DNA of 62,532 nucleotides, counting the filler, from Globobulimina sp. (taxonomy: Eukaryota), in assembly GCA_003354225.1 (NCBI GenBank). It is 35 parts of 35 records of this genome, joined end to end, with 100 filler letters (N's around TTAATTAATTAA, not from the genome) between each part and the next. Parts side by side here need not be neighbours in the genome. Positions count along the whole stretch, not along the records: positions 50,116 to 51,804 come from PIVH01013094.1; positions 51,905 to 53,592 come from PIVH01013095.1; positions 53,693 to 55,380 come from PIVH01013096.1; positions 55,481 to 57,168 come from PIVH01013097.1; positions 57,269 to 58,956 come from PIVH01013098.1; positions 59,057 to 60,744 come from PIVH01013099.1; 29 more parts are not named here. One strand, 5' to 3'. The translations under genes were made by a program, and so were the position numbers. The notes beneath the pieces are model-generated. The model had not been told where the DNA came from. It saw only the letters and a list, made by a program, of their open reading frames with translations, and searched no databases. This document shows, piece by piece, positions 50,188 through 60,844 of the stretch; position 1 is the first letter of the stretch; each line of letters starts with the position of its first letter.

Positions 50188-51456
50188 ATGTCCCAAATCA
50201 ACAACAACAACAACAATAATAAGCAAGCTAATAACAACAAAAGATATCGTAAAAGAAAAAACAAAAAGAAAAACAATGGCTGGAACAAACCAACAAAACC
50301 GTATCAAAATATGAATGTGAATACTTCAGGTTGCTGCAAAGACGAATACTGGAAACATCATAATAATAATAATAATAAAAAAAAGAAAGTGCAAATCTAT
50401 AAATCGCCATATAAAGAAGCATACTTTGACAGTCATTGCCATTTAGATTGGATATTATTTAAATCAGGCTATGGATTGCGTGATTTGCCAACTTTTGCGA
50501 ATCTTAATTTTCATGGCAATTTCGGTGGTGCAATAACCGTGGCCTGTGCTGCTGATATGATTCGACCCGTTTCTGAGTTGATAAATTCCACACATCTCTC
50601 AGCTAAAAATATCTATGGCAGTTTTGGATTACATCCACATAATGCCAAGGAATGGAATGACGACATCAAACAGCAAATTGTCTTCGCATTGAAAACCGGA
50701 AAATGGAGTTGCAATCAAACAAAACAAGAAACAGATAACACCAATGACACTTGGCTGTGTTTGTGCGGTCATAACAATCATTCAAATCATATATTTTGTG
50801 CGCAATGTGCATGGGAACCAAGTAAAGAATATTTGCATAATGTGGATCTATTAAACATTGTAAAGAATTTGACCAAAGATACTGAAAAGAAAAAAGAAAA
50901 TGAAGCGAACATTGAGGAGAAAGCAGTGCAAAATAACAAAGTTGTGGCAGTGGGCGAATGTGGATTAGATTTCCATTATAATCGATCGCCACAAGATTTG
51001 CAGAAGAAAGTGTTTATTGAACAGATCGAGATCTCAAAACAATTAAATTTACCCATTATTGTTCATGCGCGAGAAGCTGAAAAGGATACAATTGAAATAA
51101 TGCAGAAATATTGTCCTAGAAACAAACGTATTCATTTGCATTGTTTTGCAGATTCATTAAAATATGGAGAAATAATGTTAGCTGCATTTCCAAATTTATT
51201 TATTGGATTTACGGGTGCCATAACCTTTAGAAATGCAAATAATAATCGAAATACGGCCCGCAATATTCCATTAAGTCGGATCTTGTTAGAAACAGATGGC
51301 CCGTATATGTCACCTGAGCCTTATCGTGGCAAAATATCACATCCTGGCTATATCCCATTAGTGGCACAACAAATTGCACGATTGCATGGAATAAGTGATG
51401 TGAATAAAGTGTTAAAACAATGCAGATTGAATGTCACCAAAATGTATGGAGTTTAA
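50188..51456 (+). CDS. TATD: TatD family DNase with inserted zinc finger
   Basis: FDSHCHLD, GLHPH, AVGECGLDF, IVHARE, LHCF, LLETDGPY. Confidence 0.92.
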   Translation: MSQINNNNNNNKQANNNKRYRKRKNKKKNNGWNKPTKPYQNMNVNTSGCCKDEYWKHHNNNNNKKKKVQIYKSPYKEAYFDSHCHLDWILFKSGYGLRDLPTFANLNFHGNFGGAITVACAADMIRPVSELINSTHLSAKNIYGSFGLHPHNAKEWNDDIKQQIVFALKTGKWSCNQTKQETDNTNDTWLCLCGHNNHSNHIFCAQCAWEPSKEYLHNVDLLNIVKNLTKDTEKKKENEANIEEKAVQNNKVVAVGECGLDFHYNRSPQDLQKKVFIEQIEISKQLNLPIIVHAREAEKDTIEIMQKYCPRNKRIHLHCFADSLKYGEIMLAAFPNLFIGFTGAITFRNANNNRNTARNIPLSRILLETDGPYMSPEPYRGKISHPGYIPLVAQQIARLHGISDVNKVLKQCRLNVTKMYGV

Positions 51457-52108
51457 TTTGATTGTTTGTAAAAATCGTCACTTGTTATTAAAAATCGTTT
51501 TAATTAAAACAAACTCATAAATTGCTATTATTTTGTTAAATATAGTCATTGCGGTGCTTTGTGGTTAAAACGAGTGTATCTCATGAAACTTAATAGATTA
51601 AAACCAGCTTAAATGAATGATTTTGTCCTTGACTTGCATTAAAAGCTCCGACGACAAATAAATAAGGGCAGAAACGTTGCTGATCTCACTTTTAAATCAA
51701 TCATACACAAACAAACAAACACGCACAGTCATGGGATCACATTGGTTATTAAATCACAAGCACAATCCAACATATTTAATGGCACAACAAAACAATGGAT
51801 TTGTNNNNNNNNNNNNNNNNNNNNNNNNNNNNNNNNNNNNNNNNNNNNTTAATTAATTAANNNNNNNNNNNNNNNNNNNNNNNNNNNNNNNNNNNNNNNN
51901 NNNNCCGGATTCTCATTCTCCTTTATCGATTCAGGAAACATTTTTCGTGTGTCTACACCTGAGAATGATATATCTGACATAATATAGAATTGTGAATCAT
52001 TTCTAAATAAAGAAAAATTACCTGTGATGGACCCGCCAAACAGATCAAACCTGAAATAATCGAGTTCGGGTAAACTGCTGTCCATATTCAAATCTGCTTC
52101 AAAAAATC

Positions 52109-53592
52109 CAGCAACAGCGAGAAGTATTACCAAGTCACATCGCACCAAAACATTATTTTTTATCATATTCTTCCGTTGATCTCACGAAGGAATTTAAATT
52201 TAACGCTCGCGTTGAAATCGATTTAGAAATTAAACAAAACTCAAATGAAATAACATTGAATTCAGCAGACATTCAATATCAAACAATATCCGTCACGCAA
52301 GCCAATAACACACAAAATATTGATGTTGCCACCCTTGCGTATGATGAAAAGGTATGTTTTAATAAATACATATGAATTTTCTTGAATTTTCATATAAATC
52401 AACCCCACACAGACTGAACAAGCCACCATCCCATTAAATGCGCCCTTAGATGCCGGCGATGGTAAATTAATAATTGAATTTACTGGCAACTTAAATGACA
52501 AAATGAAAGGATTTTATCGATCCAAATACCAATTATCCGACGGCAGTGCAGGCTTTTGTGGGTGCACACAATTCGAAGTGACCGACGCTCGCCGAGCCTT
52601 TCCATGTTGGGACGAGCCAGCCTGTAAAGCCACATTCACCGTGGAAATAACCTGCGACAAAGCCTTGACAGTATTGTCCAATATGCCCATCATTGACTTG
52701 AAAGAGTGCGATGTGGAGAATAATATGATGAAAACCGTATTGTTCGATACAACGCCGATAATGAGCACCTATTTATTAGCTTGGGTGATTGGCGAATTTG
52801 AGTGCGTTGAAAGTAAGACCTCGCGCGACATTTTAGTCCGGGTCTGGACCACCATCGGTAACAAAAACAAGGGCGAGTTTGCCTGCGATGTCGGTTGCCG
52901 CTGTTTAGATTTCTACGAATCATACTTTGAGATCGAATATCCGCTGCCAAAGTGTGATATGATCGCATTGCCGGATTTTGCTGCGGGAGCTATGGAGAAT
53001 TGGGGCTTGGTCACGTACCGCGAAGTGGCTCTATTATGCGATAAAGAAAAGACGTCGTTACGCGCCAAGCAATATGTGTGCATTGTGGTGTGTCATGAAT
53101 TGGCACACCAATGGTTTGGCAACTTGGTCACTATGGAATGGTGGAGCCAGTTGTGGTTAAATGAAGGCTTTGCCTGCTTTATGGAGTACTTATCCGCGGC
53201 GGCGTTGTACCCAAAATGGAATATGTGGAATTTGTTTTTGTTGTCAGAGTATTCGCGCGCCTTTGAGCTCGATGGCATGTTAACTTCGCATCCCATTGAG
53301 GTGGAAGTCCACACCGCAGCGCAGGCGGAAGAAGTGTTTGATACCATCTCCTATTGTAAGGGCGCGTGCGTCATACGAATGTTGGAGTCTTTTTTAGGGA
53401 AAGATACGTTCCGTTTGGCGTTGAAAAAATATCTGAACAAATTCAAGTATAACAATGCAGTAACTACGGATTTGTGGCGGCATTTATCAGAGCAAAGCAA
53501 GAAATCGGTTGGGTTGATTATGCAAAATTGGACTCGGAACCAGGGCTTTCCATTGATTTCAGCGTCGAGGAATGCCAAAGGGGATAAATTAA
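52109..53592 (+). CDS. M1 puromycin-sensitive aminopeptidase-like (partial); intron 52352-52412
   Basis: LP..I.PKHY, GFYRSKY, TQFE..DARRAFPCWDEP, GAMENWG, HELAH..WLNEG, YCKGA. Confidence 0.93.
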
Positions 53593-53692
53593 NNNNNNNN
53601 NNNNNNNNNNNNNNNNNNNNNNNNNNNNNNNNNNNNTTAATTAATTAANNNNNNNNNNNNNNNNNNNNNNNNNNNNNNNNNNNNNNNNNNNN

Positions 53693-54206
53693 ATAACCTT
53701 GTGTGTGTCGAAGTGCCCCAGACTTGAATTCATCACCGAAATTCAGCAAGTTGCGTAAATAAGCCAACTGAGGATAATTGGCCATTTCATTGCCAACGGT
53801 GATGTGACCGAGGGTTAGCACGATCTTTGAAAATAATGAATCCATGAACCCTACAACAGGGGACACCTGAAACATATTTAACATGGAATCATTTGTCAAG
53901 AGAGAAATTCCAATAATATCCTACCTTCTCTTTGTCTGTATCATCCAGCTCCGTGTTATCTGCTCTGTAAACTTGCAACTGCACTTTCAAGTAGGCATTG
54001 GCCAAGTCAGTAAAAAACTCTTTAGCTTCTGGTATAGTGAATTTAATGGCCGTGTTAGCTGAGAGACTCCAATCTGAACCATACTCGAAATCTCTGGCTG
54101 CCACTATAGCGTTCTGTTCCACAGGTTTGGTGAAGAGGTCAAGTTCAGTTTTGCCTGTATTCTTGAGGGAAACTTCGGAATCGCTGGCCAACTTTGTACG
54201 CTTCAT
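53693..54206 (-). CDS. Polinton-type major capsid protein, N-terminal part; intron 53867-53924
   Basis: ELDLF..P..Q..I, IKFTI, DL..AYL.V, then after a 58-bp intron VSPV..MDSLFSKI..L..NYP.LAYL.NLLNF. Confidence 0.82.
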
Positions 54207-54208
54207 TT

Positions 54209-54490
54209 TCAGACAAATAGTTTAGGTTGAGATTTACGTGCTGCCTTAGACTTGACAAACAACCGCCTTTTGGTTTTCTTGGTTTTCTTGTTGGACCTTT
54301 TTCGCTTTCTGATTGTTTTCTTTGTTTTGTTGTTCTTTGATCGTTTTGAAGTGACCTTTTTCTTCTTCCTGCGACTTTGCTTTTTGGATGGTGGACGACG
54401 ACTTGAACTGTTGGTGCCAAGGGAATTTGTGGGGAAACGTTCAACTGCAGAAGATAATACTCCTCCAAAACCAGTCAATGCTGCTGACAT
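54209..54490 (-). CDS. Small K/R-rich putative DNA-condensing core protein
   Basis: MSAALTGFGG.. followed by a very basic tail; stop lies 2 bp before the capsid ATG; function inferred from composition and position. Confidence 0.55.
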   Translation of the reverse strand: MSAALTGFGGVLSSAVERFPTNSLGTNSSSRRPPSKKQSRRKKKKVTSKRSKNNKTKKTIRKRKRSNKKTKKTKRRLFVKSKAARKSQPKLFV

Positions 54491-54600
54491 CAGAGCAAAT
54501 ACAAGAACCGACCGTACGACACGGTTGCAAATGGTACAAATGGCGATTTTGACAAAATTTACAGATATATACAAGAAAGGCCGGCGGTGATTGGTCAATT

Positions 54601-55323
54601 TTACATAGTAGGCGTATACACTGTTTGATATTTTTCCAGAACATTTGTACGAACACGTAATTCTTTCTTGTTGGTAACAAGGTCAACCAGAACATAACCA
54701 TAAGGTTTGCGCATTTCCATGTCATAAGCAGATTGCAGAACACGTCTTAATCCTATTTGACCACCAAGAATGCCCACTTGCTGCAACATTTTTGGTGAAT
54801 TTAACAAGAAATAGTATCCAACGTTTTGGGCTATAATTCGTGCGGCAGGGGTCGGCGCAAAGATCACATGCCAAAACAACACCAGTGATACTCGATAGTG
54901 GCGGGCCACAGTGAACAGATGGGCCAGCTCTTTAGATGATGATGTCAGCATTGTAGAATCATCGATGGCAACAATCGTCTCCTCAGTACAATCACCGGCC
55001 ATACTTTTCAGTTGTTCTTCAGTCAAAACTGATGATTGAATAAACTCAACATCAATGCCTTTCTCGGCCAGCTTTTTCTTTGTGACAATATAGCTGTCTT
55101 GGTAACAATTGTATAGGAAAAATAGTCGCTTTGGTGGTGGATTGTAAACATGGTCAGCTTCATGGAGTGTCTTGAGAAACAGACTGGTCTTTCCCGACTG
55201 AAAGTATGAATTGAAAAGACTACTAGAACTAGGGAAAACTGTCACCTGTGTTGTACCACAAAACAATATATTTCGACTCAATTGTAATCTACCATCAAAT
55301 TCAAATGAATGTCGTGAAGGCAT
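54601..55323 (-). CDS. A32/FtsK-like DNA packaging ATPase; intron 55198-55245
   Basis: Spliced Walker A GTTQSGKT; Walker B VAIDD; LFT..RHY..S, PYGYVLVDL, LRVRTN. Confidence 0.88.
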   Translation of the reverse strand: MPSRHSFEFDGRLQLSRNILFCGTTQVTVFPSSSSLFNSYFQSGKTSLFLKTLHEADHVYNPPPKRLFFLYNCYQDSYIVTKKKLAEKGIDVEFIQSSVLTEEQLKSMAGDCTEETIVAIDDSTMLTSSSKELAHLFTVARHYRVSLVLFWHVIFAPTPAARIIAQNVGYYFLLNSPKMLQQVGILGGQIGLRRVLQSAYDMEMRKPYGYVLVDLVTNKKELRVRTNVLEKYQTVYTPTM

Positions 55324-55480
55324 GATGACCAACCGTTCGATAACACACAAGAAAGAAAGAATGATTTTATACTGATTTAANNNNNNNNNNNNNNNNNNNN
55401 NNNNNNNNNNNNNNNNNNNNNNNNTTAATTAATTAANNNNNNNNNNNNNNNNNNNNNNNNNNNNNNNNNNNNNNNNNNNN

Positions 55481-57168
55481 GATTGGACCGACGAGCTCAT
55501 GCTCAATAATTTAGAAAAATGGTTTGACCATAAACCCGGAACAGTTAATTCACATTTTATTTGTATATAATTGCTATAAATAGAATATACAATTTTGTTT
55601 TGTAGAAAATTGGTTTAAATGATTATAATTTTGATGTTGGCAACGTCAACGAAGACACATTTGAGCAGCAAATGAATAATGTGCGATGCAGAGAATCCGA
55701 AGGCGAGCGGCATGGCGTTGACCATAATTGCATTGCATGTAAACCGTGGCTGTTATCTGAATTCGAAGAAGAATATGAAACAAATGCGCATAACAAATAC
55801 GTTGTAAATAATAAGAAGAGTTGGTTGTGTTCGTTATGTCAAAAGTCCATACCCATTGATATTAAAACATGTATTTGTATATCGTATGAGAATAAAAAAA
55901 GAAACAAAAACAAGCACAAATTAGAAAACGGACACAAAAACAAAGATTGCTTGATTGTAATAAAAGAATTAGCGGAAACCCTGCATTCAACGATATCTTT
56001 TAACGAAATCCCGCAGGAATTCAAAACCAGTTCAAAACCATTCGAATATGAAATATGTTTTAATGGCGAAATCATAGCCAATGGCCATGGAAACAGTAAA
56101 CGCAAAGCACAGCGAAATGGGGCCCAAATAGCATTGGATTATTTATCCAAACAACGAGGCTGCGAAAGAAAAATCAATTTGCTGCAACGATTCGGCCGTA
56201 TTGGACATTCTGAAATCGATAGGAATTCGTACGTTGAAATCTGTAGAGATATTTCAGATGAAACAAATATTTATTCAGTGCTACCTGCACCGTATTCGAT
56301 AGCTAGTAGTAATCATGAAAATATATTTGAATATGTAACAATAAACGAATCGCCTGAAATTGTCGCGTATAAAACAAGAGTTTGTGAGATATCGCAGTTA
56401 GACGAGCCGTCAGTTTTAGGCTGTTTGGACGTTTGCGGCCCTCTTAAATTCTCATTGGTTGCTAGCATATTTCATATATCTGTGAATAACGGACGGTAAG
56501 GATACAAGTACTAGAAAAAGAATAAAAAAAATAATAAAAAAAAAAAGAAGAGAAAAAAAAGAAAGAGGAATAATAATAAATTAAGCGAAGATAAAGCGAT
56601 AAATACGAATATAAATCCGGATACAACGCATGTACGAAATAAACAGGCGATTGACAGGAATGAAAATATGTATTGTCATCCGTCCAAATATGAATATCAT
56701 GAGATTTACTGTGATGGAGACAGTCCGCAGTTACATAAACATAGCAAACGAAGGAGGAAAAAAAGAGAGAAGGAAAAAGAAAAAAAAAAGAATAATAAAT
56801 TAGCTGCGAATGTTGATGGTGTTTATATCTGTGATGAATGCGGCAAATATTATGCAGATGGTTTGAACGGTAAATGTTTATCGAAGAAATGGTTTTGTTT
56901 TGGTTGCAATAGAAAAATTAATGAAAAAAATCATAATAATCATTTAAATTCCTTTATCGAATCGGCTTTTTATACACAAAGAAAAAACAAAGATCAAATA
57001 AATCAGCCAACGCCACCTATGACTCCGCCAAGTTCTGACGATGACAATAACCCAAAACACAAAGAAATAGATGACATTCCATTGTATGGTCCGACTCCAT
57101 ATACACCGCCACCGCCACCGCCACCGCCTCCATCGATATCAATTAAAATGGAAAACATTAATAATGAA
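55481..57168 (+). CDS. dsRBD-containing protein with Cys motifs (partial; intron 55544-55605; in-frame stops at 56497-56514 unresolved)
   Basis: F...ICFNG..IANGHGNSKRKAQRNGAQIALDYL fits a dsRBD; the downstream ORF is in the same frame. Confidence 0.6.
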
Positions 57169-57268
57169 NNNNNNNNNNNNNNNNNNNNNNNNNNNNNNNN
57201 NNNNNNNNNNNNTTAATTAATTAANNNNNNNNNNNNNNNNNNNNNNNNNNNNNNNNNNNNNNNNNNNN

Positions 57269-58722
57269 TCTTTTCTTTGAAACAAAACAATGTTTGGGTA
57301 ACTCGCACAATTTGTTGCCTTTCAAAAGAAACAATCTCTCCGCTCTTTCTTGCAATGTTCCGCCGCATTTCAACCCATAAAATTCCAACTCATTTTTTAA
57401 TTTCTCCATTCCAAAACTTTTCAATTCATTCACATCCGCAATTGCATCCAATTCAACATCTCCTTCCACTCCTTTTCTATTCACAAACATCTCATTCTTA
57501 TCCGTCCCATTTACTTTTACGCTTTTTACAGTCTCCAAACCCAACAAATTCAATTTCTTCTCTTTCCGTTTGCGTTTCCGATCCATGCTCGACGAAAAGG
57601 ACTTGATTTGCATTGAATTTCGATCGCTTTGCTGTATCTGTTTCATTTCATTGCTTTCCGCATAATATGACTGCAAATGAGCATCCATTGGAATATTCAG
57701 ACATTTATCAAAGTCAATAAAGACGCAGTCATCACACAAATCAAAATCGCAATTCTTACAACAATGCCACGAGGCGCCTTGGTATTGTTTCATACAAAAA
57801 TCACAAATCACAAAATCACAGTCTTCGCGAATGATACATTTTAATTTATGCGCGTGAGATTTGTGTGAGATCTCTCGTATATTTACATCATTCTTTTTAT
57901 TTTTATTTTTATCCAAATCCATTTCCAAATCTTGCTCGGCTGCCACATCACTGCCAAATAATGCGATTACTTTCTTCTTTGTCTTTTTGTTTTTGCAGTG
58001 TTTTCCAGTGTGTTTTGCATTCATTTTTCCCATTAACAATGCATTCCGCATTTCAGTCTCCGTCTGGTGGTGCAATGGAGCAATTTGCTGCGCCTTTTCT
58101 TTATGTTTTGGTGTATTTGCGTTTGCATCCTCAGGATGTCTGAATTTGCAGTTCCATTTAGAACGGCAAGCAATGCCTCGATGACACATTCGTTTCTCTG
58201 GCAAAGTGCCGAATTCTTTGATGTGACGGAAATCATTTTGTATTTCATCCGCACCCATTGGCTTAGTGGATTTTTGCAGTTTTATCCATTCTCGTAATTC
58301 ATTCTCTTGCTCCACAAATCTGTGACGCCGACCACTTAAATCCCGCATGGCCGATTTGTTGGTGGTTTTGTTTAGTTTTCCCGCGGCACGAAGCATGGAA
58401 CCAAAACCTCCTTTGCCGCCACACAAAGACAACGATACTGATATTTCATGGTAGCAACACGCACTAAATTCAAACTGCGCATTGTTTGTTATTCGTTTGC
58501 CGTCTATGTGTTGGGTTAATTGTATATTATTTGTGAATTGTGACCTTGCGCTGTTTTAATATGAAGTATAAAGGAAACGTAACTGTACCACAATTGTTGA
58601 TGCAGGATAGGAATAGCACATTTTTCTTGAATGTCATGTTTGATGCAATCAAGTGATGGTTCGTCTATGTCCAATTTGTGGAGTTGATTGCATAGATCAC
58701 GAAGGTAAAAGTTTGACGCCAT
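57269..58722 (-). CDS. SDE2: SDE2 splicing/replication-stress regulator with extra zinc fingers; intron 58504-58583
   Basis: Ubiquitin-like N-terminus ending [21 protein letters not shown]-terminal [16 protein letters not shown]. Confidence 0.9.
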
Positions 58723-58743
58723 GACAAAAGGAAAAAGGTTTTT

Positions 58744-58956
58744 TCAATAATCATCAGAGTCTTCCAAATCTTGTGTACTGAGCACATCCAAATAATCTTT
58801 CTCTAAAAATGCCAAATCCTCTCTAGCTTCCGCTAATTCTCCTTCTTCCATGCCGTGACCGACCAAGTGGTGAACAAAAGCTCTTTGTGAATATAATAAG
58901 TCATATTTCTTTGTAGTTCTCTCCGATAGCACTCTCGAAAAAGCAGTATTATTTCC
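58744..58956 (-). CDS. TUBA: Divergent alpha-tubulin C-terminus (Retaria alpha2-like)
   Basis: [46 protein letters not shown]. Confidence 0.85.
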   Translation of the reverse strand, partial: GNNTAFSRVLSERTTKKYDLLYSQRAFVHHLVGHGMEEGELAEAREDLAFLEKDYLDVLSTQDLEDSDDY

Positions 58957-59380
58957 NNNNNNNNNNNNNNNNNNNNNNNNNNNNNNNNNNNNNNNNNNNN
59001 TTAATTAATTAANNNNNNNNNNNNNNNNNNNNNNNNNNNNNNNNNNNNNNNNNNNNTCCCAGAGACCCTTGACAATATCCAATAGGTCTAAACCCAGCCA
59101 AATGAGTGATGTTCCAAAATGCGTATTTTTCAAATAATTTCTGAATAACAAAAACTTCCATCCACTCCGATGATAATCTAATTGGGAAATTGCGAAAACT
59201 GTGATAAGCGCTGCAACGTCTAAAACTAATTCGTATGGTGACAACTAGCAATGAGTAGTGTGTAATTATTGTATTGGATCCGAGTTGAAAGTTGATCCGC
59301 GACCTGTACTGAGCTATTGACTTAGTGGAGTGAGTGACCTAATCTGTATTTTATTAGTAGTCATGCGTTTCCAACAAACT

Positions 59381-60613
59381 TGAACCGAGATAATGGTATA
59401 CAGGGGGGGTTATCTTTTTAATATCATCGTTAAGTTTAAAACCACTCTAGCTAACATAAAAACTTTGCTAATCGTTGAAACGAAACTACATGGCTAACTC
59501 GTATAAGAGGAAGAATTTCAAATGTATGACCATTCTATGACCATTGTATGACCACAAAAGTATGGACGAACTTTTCCAGGTAAATTTTGTATGATCAAAT
59601 GTACATCTCACACTTGTGAAATTTATCGAGATGTCACACTATCGATCTCCAACCAACGCCATAACCCAGTCCTCGCATCATATTTGTCAAGATTGAAGCA
59701 TTGAAATCAATGGTGTATACAATTGTATAAGAAAGTTACAGTTATGATAGTTAAAGCTGATCATAAAAAATTATCAAACTATCAAAAATTTGTCAAAATT
59801 ATCAAACAATCAAGTTTTTCAATTGAATTATTAAAAATTATCAAAATTTTCAGTCATTTTTTTCAAAGATTGTAATGTTCGAGTTGTTGCTAGTTATATT
59901 TAAAAACTTTAATCAACAAACACAAACACAGTTTTTTTCCTTAATTTTGAGAAAGCAGAGAGAAACGCTATAAAACATGTATTTTTGGTTGGGTTATTTT
60001 TGGTTGTTTTTTTCATTTTTGTCAAGCGTTGATGAGATATATTTCGATTGGAGGATTGTTTGTCACATACAGGCAGAACAAAAAATTCAGAAAATATGTT
60101 CGTAAATTTATGATGCTTCCATTGCTACCACTCAATCAATGCATTAAAGCCTGGAAGCAATTGAAGTTAATCCGCATTATGAAACTCAACACACCCAGCG
60201 CGACTGGTTATTGTATTTCGAAAATACTTGGATCCATGGTATGAACTTGGATCCACACATGCCCGCAAGCATAATGAACTAATATATCATATAATTAACA
60301 TTTCATATTTCATCATGCAACAAAAAAACTTTTTTAACATTCTTAATAAAATGTTATCTTTTAACATTTTATTTATAACCTATTTTCCTTCCCAGAAGAA
60401 CACACACACACACACGCAATGAAAGCAAATCATAACAAAATCAACATCTTAATAGTGACATTTCTAACAATGACAACAAATCAATAGCCGAATAATTATA
60501 TTTCTAACTCTCATCTGTATATATTTATTTACAGTTAATGTTTTCCGAACATGAACCGAGATAATGGTATACATCATGGCCTGGGGGTTATCTTTTTAAT
60601 GTTATCGTTAAGT
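59381..60613 (+). repeat. Pair of about 55-62 bp imperfect direct repeats (59381-59435 and 60552-60613)
   Basis: TGAACCGAGATAATGGTATACA..GGGGGTTATCTTTTTAAT..ATCGTTAAGT occurs twice. Confidence 0.85.
59943..60235 (+). mobile_element. Mutator/MULE transposase remnant
   Basis: NFEKAERNAIKHVF, GCFFHFCQALMR (CxxH), YR..FRKYVRKFMMLPLLP, YFENTW; frameshifted. Confidence 0.75.
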
Positions 60614-60844
60614 CTGTGAAACCTTTCAAGTAAAGTATAATTTAATTACAGTAAAAAAGCGACTCTGACTGTGCAGAAACTTAAATTAAATTATTTGAAA
60701 CAAAACAATCCATTCCAGGAAATTTTAAATTTTGGACCAAACAANNNNNNNNNNNNNNNNNNNNNNNNNNNNNNNNNNNNNNNNNNNNTTAATTAATTAA
60801 NNNNNNNNNNNNNNNNNNNNNNNNNNNNNNNNNNNNNNNNNNNN

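Larger units (their letters stand above)
53693..55380 (-). mobile_element. Polinton/Maverick (adintovirus-like) element, virion morphogenesis module
   Basis: Co-oriented, tightly packed packaging ATPase, basic protein and capsid genes. Confidence 0.85.

Noticed and set aside
59057-59251. HSFR in a minus-strand ORF as a tyrosine recombinase motif
   Set aside because: No convincing downstream H/W and Tyr spacing; fragment too short
1692-60844. Regularly spaced TTAATTAATTAA units as a CRISPR-like or biological repeat
   Set aside because: Embedded in fixed N runs; an artificial all-frame-stop contig linker
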